64,000 bases of DNA from contig JARQWU010000003.1 of NCBI GenBank assembly GCA_040182905.1, forward strand, positions 1 through 64,000. The letters run 5' to 3'. Within the stretch, counting starts at the first letter, position 1, and every line of letters starts with the position of its first letter. The stretch comes from Barthelona sp. PAP020 (lineage: Eukaryota). Positions 49,529 through 60,000 of the stretch are shown here, piece after piece. Position numbers and translations under genes: made by a program. The notes beneath the pieces were generated by a model that was not told the DNA's origin, did no database searches, and saw only the letters and a program-made list of their open reading frames with translations.

Positions 49529-50656
49529 TTAGAAATCATCAAACACGGCCTTATCATAATCAGTAAATTCATCTTCTTCATCAGAATCAGGATATTGATC
49601 ATATTGACTATCATCTCCATCAGCATTAACATTAGGTTTAATTGGAGCCTCAATACGACGATGATACAAAGCATTCCAATCAATATCACGGAAGAAACGA
49701 TGTCTTTTGATGTCTTCAGCTCCTCCTCTCAAATTACCAAATCTTTTGCTAGGATCTCTAGCAAGTAAACGTTTAATTAAATCTCGAGATGTGGGATCCA
49801 TATGCCTTGGCCAATAAACTTTGTCTGTAAGAATTTTCTCACTGACAACAAAAGGATTCTCATCATAGAATGGGGGATATCCAGCCAACATTTCGAAAAT
49901 CAAAATACCTAAAGCCCACCAATCGACTGCTTTTTGATGTCCTTTGTTCAAAATAATTTCAGGAGCCAAATATTCTACTGTACCACAAAGAGTGTATGTA
50001 TGTTCCTCAACAACTTTAGCAAAACCAAAATCACAAATTTTCATATGTCCTTGCTTGTCCAACAATAGATTTTCAGGTTTCAAATCACGATAGACTATTT
50101 TCATGCTATGTAAATATTCAAGGGCTAAAACTATTGCTGCAGCATAAAATCGTGCAGTTTCAACAGGGAATCTTTGTGCTCTCCGTAAATGGGCAAATAA
50201 TTCACCACCATTCACAAATTCTTGCAACATATACAGATTCTCTTCATTTTGATAACTATGAACTAAATTAACTATAAAAGGATGTCTCACTCTGGCCAAT
50301 ATTGACTTTTCAGCTTTTACATGCTGAATTTGTTGTAATTTGGCTACTTTTGATTTCTTTAATATTTTAAGAGCAAAATATTCCTTTGTTTCAGGATGAT
50401 AACACAATTGTACACGCCCAAAAGTTCCAGTTCCAATAGTACGCAAAAAAACCAAATCTTCAGTTTCATATTTCTTTGTAGAACTTCTAGCTGATAATTG
50501 TAAATTTTCATGCAATGATCGTGAACGATTTAACAATTGTGTTGACGTACTACTGACTACGGTTTTTAATGTTCCACCACGAGGATTAAAGGCAGTTCTT
50601 TGTGGCGTTGTAGGAGTGCCACTTTTTCTATTAACTCGTGCATGTTTTAATGGCAT
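49529..50656 (-). CDS. PKA-C: cAMP-dependent protein kinase catalytic subunit (PKA/PRKX-like)
   Basis: GTGTFGRV, YRDLKPEN, DFGFAK, TYTLCGTVEYLAPE, KAVDWWALG, terminal FDDF hydrophobic motif. Confidence 0.93.
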   Translation of the reverse strand: MPLKHARVNRKSGTPTTPQRTAFNPRGGTLKTVVSSTSTQLLNRSRSLHENLQLSARSSTKKYETEDLVFLRTIGTGTFGRVQLCYHPETKEYFALKILKKSKVAKLQQIQHVKAEKSILARVRHPFIVNLVHSYQNEENLYMLQEFVNGGELFAHLRRAQRFPVETARFYAAAIVLALEYLHSMKIVYRDLKPENLLLDKQGHMKICDFGFAKVVEEHTYTLCGTVEYLAPEIILNKGHQKAVDWWALGILIFEMLAGYPPFYDENPFVVSEKILTDKVYWPRHMDPTSRDLIKRLLARDPSKRFGNLRGGAEDIKRHRFFRDIDWNALYHRRIEAPIKPNVNADGDDSQYDQYPDSDEEDEFTDYDKAVFDDF

Positions 50657-50826
50657 ACAGAAGTTATTTCAATCACAAAAAAAAAATCAATAGTGTGGAT
50701 TTTGAAATCATTTTATTTTAACTTGCATGATAAAATTACTATTTTAAAAAATTACCGTTTCAACTCTCAAATTTATTTTGAATGAAAAAAAAATATTCGC
50801 CAAAAAATCATAAAAATTAAAAAAGT

Positions 50827-51816
50827 ATGGGTTGCCTATTTAGTGAGCCAAGAGAAGTGAACTCATATGTAGAAAATGATTCAAAGTACTATGGAACCAG
50901 TTTTGAACAGGTTTTCACGGAGGACCGTGATGTTGCCTTAAAATATTCTGTACATCAAAATGTAAGCAATGAAAAGGTCGTTGTTTTACCAGAAAATCCA
51001 GCGGGGAATACTTTTTCGATTATTGAATGTAATAATAGCCATTTTTACTTTTATCGAATGTCTGAATCTGCTCAAATTGCAGATTGTAAAAATTGCGTCA
51101 TATTTATTGGGCCTGTATTTGGTGCTGTTTATATTGATGGTTGTGATAATTGTGAAATCTATAGTATTTCACATCAATTGAGAATACGTGATAGTCAAAA
51201 TATGAAATTTCATACCTATTGTACTAGTAGACCTTCTGTTGAAGGATGTAAATTTCTTGAATTTACTTCTTTGAAAGGAGGCTACAATCTTCTTGCCAAT
51301 CAATTGATGCTTGCTCAAATTAATCCATTTGCTAATAAATGGTCATTCATATTTAATTTTGATAATCCCATGGCGAATCAAACAAAGCCGATTGAAAAAT
51401 TTGAAAATGTATTTAATTGTGGTGGTGAACCAGCACCAATTCCTTTAGTTGACTCACTGACTTACAATGACACATTATTAGATACATATGGACATGTTTA
51501 TCAGTTTGATGGGTCGGAATCTGTTATTTTAATTGAACATGATTCCTTTTCGCTTGAAACATTAAACAAGATTCATGCTCATGTTGATTTTATTTTGACA
51601 AGAACAATAAGCGTAAAAGAAGATGTAATTCAGCATTTAAATTTGGATTTTGAGCTTTGTTTTGATGAATTAATTGTTGTTGCCACTCCTTACATTGAAC
51701 CAAATTTAAAAGAAGAAATTGAGAAAATTGCATTTATTTGTGATCTTAGATGTCAAATCTTCCTATTAAGTGATGAATTAAAAGAAGATTTATGGGCTTC
51801 TGAAAGTATTGAATAA
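50827..51816 (+). CDS. RP2: RP2/XRP2-like TBCC-domain protein (Arl3-GAP type)
   Basis: N-terminal MGCLFS dual-acylation motif; beta-helix IADCKNCVIFIGPVFGAVYIDGCDNC; catalytic HQLRIRD; NPFANKWSFIFNF. Confidence 0.85.
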   Translation: MGCLFSEPREVNSYVENDSKYYGTSFEQVFTEDRDVALKYSVHQNVSNEKVVVLPENPAGNTFSIIECNNSHFYFYRMSESAQIADCKNCVIFIGPVFGAVYIDGCDNCEIYSISHQLRIRDSQNMKFHTYCTSRPSVEGCKFLEFTSLKGGYNLLANQLMLAQINPFANKWSFIFNFDNPMANQTKPIEKFENVFNCGGEPAPIPLVDSLTYNDTLLDTYGHVYQFDGSESVILIEHDSFSLETLNKIHAHVDFILTRTISVKEDVIQHLNLDFELCFDELIVVATPYIEPNLKEEIEKIAFICDLRCQIFLLSDELKEDLWASESIE

Positions 51817-52252
51817 GAAACTGATTTCTTTTTAATTTTGTAAATGTTTGAGTGTATATTTTTTATTTTTTTCTGTTTTTATTGCTTTATATGAATATAA
51901 CTAAGGTATTCTTGCTGAAAATTAATATTAAAAGGAAAAAACTCAATTTCTGAGTATTGTAACATTAATTCGCATCTATGAAAAATGTTATGCAAAGATT
52001 CCAACATATTTTCATAAACAAAATAAAACATTAAGTGTTCTGCTCATTTAAGAGATTGAAGTTGAGGAATAACCATCACTCGGTAGTTTAACAAAATTTT
52101 TATGGTTTCACAACCCTTAGTTTAGATTCCATTCTGGTATAAAGAGGACAAAAAAAAAAAAAAAACAAAAGATAGAAAAAGATAGAAAAAGTGCATGTTT
52201 ATACATTTACAATGAGGAAACCGTGTAATATGAATCCAAATGTGCTAAATAA

Positions 52253-52942
52253 TCAAAATAATTCAGAAAGAATTGTTTTGTTATCAGATATTTTCTTTTC
52301 TTTTTTCTTTAAACCTGTTACTTTTGATAATTTGCGTTTTTTTTGAGGATTCACTGGCACTACTGTGGAAAAACTGGAATTAGGACGAACTAATGGAGGC
52401 AAAGAATCATCAATAGAAGGAGTATCATTATTGGAAAACGGAACAAAGAATTCTCCCGAAGCAGACACATAGATTGGAATTTGAGGTAATTTTTGTTTGC
52501 AAGATTTGGCAGATTCTTCCATTGATCTGGTCAAGTTGTTTAACTTTTCAGTAAATTCGTATTTGATTGGAGCAGTGAAAGGATAATCAAAATGCTCTAA
52601 AGGTATTGTTGCGGATGTAAATCTCAGAAAATTATCGTGTTTATTATTATTATTGCTCAAATTGTTTGTGTCAAAATAAGCTGCTCTGTTTTTAATTGAA
52701 ATTTGTCGAGAAAAAATTTTTGATTGAAATGATTCCAAACTTTCCAAAATGTCTAAGCTGTCATCAACTACTAGTTGATTAATAACACATATAATAATAG
52801 AATCAAGCCATTTTTTGACTTCATTCATTTCGTTTGCTTTTATTTTACATCTATTATTTTTCCTTTTCTTTTTTTTAATGCTGCTATTTGTACTTAATAA
52901 ATCATTTGACCAATTAGTTAAATTTGAATTCACATTCTGCAT
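52253..52942 (-). CDS. Hypothetical protein with basic NLS-like clusters
   Basis: First in-frame ATG at 52942; KKKKRK and KKRK clusters; TGTAAAT motif downstream of the stop. Confidence 0.6.
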   Translation of the reverse strand: MQNVNSNLTNWSNDLLSTNSSIKKKKRKNNRCKIKANEMNEVKKWLDSIIICVINQLVVDDSLDILESLESFQSKIFSRQISIKNRAAYFDTNNLSNNNNKHDNFLRFTSATIPLEHFDYPFTAPIKYEFTEKLNNLTRSMEESAKSCKQKLPQIPIYVSASGEFFVPFSNNDTPSIDDSLPPLVRPNSSFSTVVPVNPQKKRKLSKVTGLKKKEKKISDNKTILSELF

Positions 52943-53079
52943 TCGACAAAAACAAAAAACATTGTTGTACAAAGTTGAATTATTATTTTAATCAAAAAAA
53001 TTCTGTTAAAATTACCCTTTATTAGTTATGTTGAAGATAAAAACAACAAATAGTTTTTGAAGATTATTTTTTTTCATTT

Positions 53080-55338
53080 ATGTTTTCAGGGTATTAACTT
53101 CTTAATTTAATAAGAGATTCTAACATATATAGTGCTAATTTAAGTGGTTTATTTGGTGATACATCAGATAACCAAGGAAATACTTCATATAATTATGTTG
53201 CACCCACTCAATCGCAACAATCACAAAAACAACAAAAAGAAGTTCAATCAAGATTATTGCAATTACCAAAGCAGGTAAAAACGATACCAAATTCTTTTGT
53301 TGAAAAGAATTTTCAATGTTCAATATATAGATATGATAATAATGTTCCATTTTCAATGGGTGGAATTTTTCATTGTACAATTAATGAAAATTATTTGCTT
53401 TTCAAAAATGAAAATGTTGAACTTGTTTTTCCTTTACCTGATGATTCATCTTTCAATCTACAACAAGAAATATATTTTTATTTTCAAATTACTGGTATTC
53501 AATATTGTGCTGTTTTTTCGGATGCATATACTGCCAATCAATTTATTAATTCTATTCATTCAAGATTGATATCACTTGAATATGTTGTATCTAATCCTGG
53601 TAGTGGAAATGAAATTGTTGGAGAAGGTGATAAGGTTGGTGTTATTTATGATTTATACATCAATGAAGGCTGGAATTTTGTCGAAGCAAATTTAGGAGAA
53701 CCAGTTGAATCTACTGGAGATAAATCCAAAAGAATGAATCTTGCTCTTAATATGGATTTTCCCGGATTATTTTTTGCCATTGAAGGTATGGTTAAAGGTG
53801 AAGAAAGATATGTTGTTATCCCGCCCCAACTTTCCTTCAACAGTGGTGTTTATCAAGGCAGAGGTATTGTATTACGAGTTTTTTTGAAAAAAATGAAAAA
53901 AGCTGTTCAAACTACAGTTCCTGACATCAAAATTCCTGAACCAAGTATTCAAACAAGTAGTGTTGTGTCAAATTCAATGCCACAGGCAAATGCAATCGGT
54001 CAATCAGCGCAAACAATGCAATTGCAAGTCACTCATGATACTCCAACAACTGAACCATCTCATCGTTCTGATTATGATAATCGTTCTGAGTATGATCGAG
54101 AATATGACCGAGAATATGATCGAGATTATCGTGATCATCGTAGAGGGGACAGAGATCGTCGGGATAACAGACGCAATTATCGTGATAGAGAATACAGAGA
54201 CAGGGAATATCGAGACAGAGATTACAGTTATGACCGTGATTTTGAAAGAGATTATGAAAAGGATAGAAGAAGCGTTGATCGTGACAGAAGAAACCATGAA
54301 CGTCTTGCCCGAGATAACGAAGAAATCTTGTATTCCATTGAAAACATAAAGAAACAGTTGTCTGGTTTAGAGACGAATCTGATTTCATTGACAAAATCTG
54401 AGCTTCAAAGTCATTTATCTTCAATAAATGTTCCATTATCTGCTTCTGGAGATTTATCTGGTGTTTCACCTGCACAAATAGCTGCTGTTGTTAGTGGTTA
54501 TGATGTTGAATTAGCTAAATTACAGAAGGAGACAAGAACACAGGCAGATATGATAGATTTTCACCGTCAAAAGGTGGAAAAACTTGAAAAAGAGATTCTT
54601 GCATTGAAACAAACCATTGCTGACAATGAGAGAAATATCGTGGAGATAAACATTGCCTATGAAGAGAAAATTCGAGCTATTAATCTTGAAAAAGGAGAAT
54701 TGAATCAGCGAAATGTTGAATTGGAGACTTTTTGTGAAGAAACTCGAACAACATTGAATGATTTACGCAATAGGAACGTACAATTGGCAGAATCCTTGAA
54801 ACAAAAGGAACAACAAGCATTAGAGGCTGTTGAAAAAATTCCTCGTTTGGAACAAGAAGTTTCAATGCTTAGACATAGCTTAGCTGAAGCAAATAAGATG
54901 TTGAACACTGAGCGGGAATCAAATATTGTGCACGTTACAAAGATAACAGCACTTACACATGAAAACTTTACTTTGAAGCAAAATATTGAGAATTGGGAAA
55001 CTAGCTATGAGGAGTTAAAGGTAGCACATGATGATGTTCAAGAAGAGTTGGAAGAAGAACAGAATAATGTGAGTGAGTTAGAGAGCAATCTTTTGGTATA
55101 CAAAAGTGCTGTTGAAGAATTAAAGAGTAAGTTGAACAATAGAAAGATCGAGCAAAATATACCATTAGAATCGGTAGTGTTGCTTGTTAAAGAATGTGTA
55201 TCTCGTGTCTTTGTTGGTTTGCACAACGAATATGGTAAGAACAAGGAATTTATGAATTCTTTGGGGAAAATTGTGAAATTAACCACGTTACAGTTTAATG
55301 CTGAGCTTGAAAGTGATTGGGCTAGTATTCTTGATCAA

Positions 55339-55391
<53 letters not shown>

Positions 55392-56655
55392 GTCTGAATT
55401 GGAAGAAGAAAAAGAAGAAAATCAAGAAGAAGAAGAATCTGAATCCGAATCAGAACAAGAAGAACAACTACAGGAAGAAGAAGTAAATGAAGTTGAAACA
55501 AAGGTGGAAGCTATTGAATCTGACAATGAAATCCCTTCAGAAAAGGAAAATTCTGACTCAGAATTTGATTCAGAAAAAGAAGAAAAAGTTGAAGTTGTTG
55601 AAAATGGCGATTTTGAAGAAGATGAGCAAGTGGAAGATGCACACCCCCAAATTGAAGTTGATAATGTTGAAATTGCATCTGAAAAGCATCAAAATGCATT
55701 GGATGACATCACACAAGATCATCAAAATAATAATGAAAGTGAAAGTGATTGGGGAGACAGTGATGATGAAGATGTGAGCAATGATATGGTTGAAGAACCT
55801 TTTGTACAGCCAAATGTTATTTCAATGAATGATAATATTGCAACAGAAATTCCCCCACCTTTAATTAAGGAATTCGAGGAAGTAAATACGAACAATCAAA
55901 CCATTGAAGACGTTTTATCCGATGATGCCAAAGAGGTTTCAAATGCTGTTGATTTGATTCTTGAGGATCAATCTGAAGAAGAAGATAACGAAGATCCATT
56001 AAATGTGAACGCAAATAACAATGTTGATGCTGAATCTGATTCTGATGATTGGGACAGCGAAGTAGATGAAGATAAACCAGTTGTAAATGAAGAAGTTGTC
56101 AATGAAGAAATTATTGATGAAGAAATTGAGGAAGATGTTAAAATTATGGCTGAAACAAAGATAGATGATTCTTCAAATGCTCATCACGATGCTGAATACG
56201 TTGAAACATCTCTAAATACCACCAACGAATTAGAAAATGATGTTAATCCTCTAGATTTGGCATCTCAACAAGCTTTTAGCGAAAATGAAGATGAACCTCT
56301 GAAAGATTCACAAGTTTCAAATCTTGTATTTGAACCAACACCCACTTTTACTGATCCCTTTGAAACTAAGATGGTTGAGGAAGAATTCAAGTCTATTGAG
56401 GAATCTGGAGTTACAGAGGCAGAGGAGTTGTCAAATGAACAAAAACCACAAGTTATTGTTCATAAAAAGGCTTCAACAAAGAGCCTTTTGGAGATGTTCA
56501 GTGATTCTGAAGATGAAGAAGAAGAATTAAAAGTCACCCATAAAAAATTGGATGATTTTACTGATACTGATGGGGATTCTGAAGATGAAATTCGTCCTGT
56601 TATTCAAAAGAAATCTGTTGCTGCCAGTTTTGAAGATGATAGTTGGTCTGACTAA
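53080..56655 (+). CDS. FKBP15: FKBP15/WAFL-like protein; exons 53080-53090 and 53133-56655
   Basis: Splicing gives MFSGANLSGLFG...GNTSYNYVAPTQ, similar to the FKBP15 N-terminal LASLFG...FQYTAP motif; FKBP-like domain (GEGDKVGVIY...EGMVKGEERYVVIPP), coiled coil, long acidic tail. Confidence 0.8.
53091..53132 (+). other. Spliceosomal intron, 42 nt, phase 2
   Basis: GTATTAACTTCTTAATTTAATAAGAGATTCTAACATATATAG; removal supplies an ATG in frame with the otherwise TTG-started ORF. Confidence 0.87.
55339..55392 (+). repeat. (GAR)18 poly-Glu coding repeat
   Basis: Run of GAA/GAG codons in the FKBP15-like tail. Confidence 0.95.
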
Positions 56656-57097
56656 TTGTGAATTTTTTTCAAAAGAGAAAAACGACATTTTGTTTATAAA
56701 TTTTTGATGTATTTATTTTTCATTCATTATTTGTTAATCATTTCAAAGTTAAGTGAATGGAGGCATTAATTTTTTTTCATTTTTGTTTTTTTCCTATCAT
56801 ATTTATATCTTGTGGTTTATGTGGTATTATTTGACTTAAATATAAGAAAAGTTGTTCAATTGAAACAAATATCAAAAAGATAGGACATTTTGGTTACTTT
56901 TAATTGCAAACAAACAACAAATTCTTTTTTTTTTCATGTTAAAACACACTTTCCATTGAAATCTAACGCAACAAACATTCAATATTCAAAAAGACATAAA
57001 CAACTGTTTTTGGATAAGAAATGATTGAATCATTTCAAAAAGCAAAATATAACAAGTTTGCGAGAAAAGATAAAAAATCAAAATATTAATTTATCCG

Positions 57098-60000
57098 CTA
57101 AAGTTGAATGGTATTATCCAAAATTATAATTTCTTCGTTATCCAACGAATCTTCGACCTTCTTTGTAGAGCTTTCTATCAGAATTGTAGAATTTCCCCAG
57201 AAACCATGAAGTTCATCAATTGAAGGACCTTCATTTAAAAAATCATTAGGACTGACCCAAACACTTTGGTTGATATTACTGCGGTGCAAAAACTTCAAAC
57301 GTTTTTCAATGTTTGACAAAGTTGTTTCAAAAAACTTCACACGGTTTAGCAATCTGTGTTTATGATAAAAGATGGGACAAAAACTGTTCACACACTTGAT
57401 TTTATAACTATTTTGGAAACAAGACCCAAATTTTGAACATCCTCGACAAATTGTTCCAACTTTGGTTAAATGTTTGTGGAAGTGGTTTAAATAGCAATAA
57501 AAAATTCCGATTGAACCAGATCTCAACAAACACGTGTCACAACAACAACAATTATTGTTGCAGTTTTGAAAACAAATTAAACAAGTACTGTAAGTCGTAA
57601 AACCCTGTCCAATAATTGAATATTTCTGATTTTGAAAAGGAGTATTCTCTCCAACTTTGTTGGAAATTCCTTGCTCAAATCTTGTCCTAAAATATGATCT
57701 TTTCTTGTGGTTTCTCCACCACAAGGCACAATCAGCCCCACAAACATTTAAAAAACGGTTAATGATGGGAATAAACTGTCGTTTGATGTAGTATTCAGTA
57801 TTAACAATCATATTATACTTTACCAAGTCTACTGGATCACCTGCCATATTTATGAGCAATTGTTTTGGATGGCCATCAAAAATCAAATAGGGAATTCGTT
57901 CAGCATATCTCGGAGCTAATCTTTCGTCAGCTTCAATCTTTCTCAACGCTAAATTTGCTGCTGGTGGAGGATTTACGTATTTACCCAGTTTAACTTCTCT
58001 TGTAAAAACAAAATCGATTGGATTTAACTGATAATTAGAAACTTTTGTAAACATTTGTAAAACATATTCTTTTACTTGAGACAAATCATATTTTGTTTTA
58101 ATCATGATTTCAATCATATTCTTTAAGATTTTATGAGTTGCATGACATTGATCCAATCTAGTGAGCTCTGTACCTTTCGATTCGATTTCAGGTTTGGAAT
58201 TAGGTCTAACGAATTTCAATCCACAGTATCGTTTCTTTGACAATAAAAAGAGTGGGTTGTAGATTTTTTCAAATTCCAGATACATTGGTGCAGGCAATTG
58301 TTTGTTTATTATTGTACACAATTCTTCTGCCAAAATAAATACTTCCTCAACAGTTCTTCCAGCGAATTTTATAAATATGCTATCAGTATCCCCATAAACA
58401 ATCTCACAATCAACTTCCCAATCTTTTAAAACAAAATTAATTACCCATTCTAGGTATTCTCGTCCTAATTGTACAATAGATTCCGCAATTTCGATACAAG
58501 GCATACGTCCAGAAAAACCAGCTGAAGTGTAACCATAAGTTACGTTAGCAACCATCTTCAATAACAATTGTCTAGCATGCTGTATATTAATCATGTTTTC
58601 TGAAAGATTCAAATTTTGAGCTTTCATTCCATGTTTAACCAAAACTCTACTTGAAAGGATTTCAGACAACATTTTTGGTAGAAATCCTACCTTTACATCT
58701 GGAGTGACAAATAATGAACCAGTTCCACTGACAAATATTTGATCTTTGATGACTAATTCACGAAAATGTTCTGTAGAAATATTGAAGTTATGCATGTCTA
58801 AGGCAACATTGATCAAAGATCTAGATAAAGCTTCTTTGGGTGGGATTTTTCCTAAACAAGTTGAATAACAAATATTATGTGCAATAATGACAGAAGGATA
58901 CAAACTTCTGAAGTCAAAAACAGCAACAGGATCAGTATGCAAGCCTGATTTTGGTTCCAAAATTAAAGGTACACATTCTGGTATTCTTTGATTTTGAACT
59001 TGAAAAATGGATGGTGATAAAGTTAGATAATTACACGGCTTAGTTAAACGATGTAATACACTTTCAACACGGAATTGACTACCTCTATTTAGAATTGACT
59101 TGAAATCACTTCCAATGATTCTAGAAAATTCAGATGTCTTTAAAACAATATTAAATTTTTGAATTAGTAACAATACCAACACAGATTTTTTGCAAACAAA
59201 ATAATTATAATTTGCTAACTGTGTAGCATCATAAGAATGTCCAGTATATTCTAAGACTGGTAATTTCATGTTTAAAGCATATTCACAAACATATTCAAAT
59301 TGATAGCTGAATAATTTAATTTCATGTCTTAACAATTTCCAAAGATTTAAAACAATTCTGCCTGCAATATCTGTTCGATTAACATACAAATTCCCCATTT
59401 GTTTTTTTCCTTCAATAACTTCAAATTCAGGAATTTTATCATCTTTTTTTGAATATTTAGTTGATTTCAATCTAGAACAAGTCTTTAAGACATCAATTTC
59501 CAATTCTTTTCCTCTTTCAATGAAATATAACCAACCTAAATCATGAATATTGAAAGATAAAAAAATATCTGGATCTATCACTAGGATATAATCTATGATA
59601 TATTCGAATAAAGCACGTTCTGAGGAAACTTTAGTTATATCATGAGTTATTGCTTGATTTTTTCGATGATTCATATTGTTACTTAATGAAGGTAAATTAT
59701 CAGTGATAGTAATTAATTTACACATGATATTTTCAAAATCATCACTACATGTAGCAATTGCAACACTTAATACTGAATTCAATTTTGGTTGAGGAGTCAA
59801 ATGCTCTTCACCAAAAGCTAAAAGATGAAATGAACATATTTTCAAATTTTGGTTTAAATGTTTATTTGTGAATTGCATAGCTTTTAATTTATTCGAAAAA
59901 GAGTTATTCTTTCCTTTATTAGAGTGTTTTGGAAAAGTAAATAGATTAGATTCAATCTGTGAAGCTTTAAATTTCAATGTAGGAATTATGTTATGTGATT

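Noticed and set aside
52167..52191. Short tandem AAAAGATAGA repeat and poly-A/T runs (also 1-140 and 49463-49485)
   Set aside because: Ordinary slippage-type low-complexity sequence.
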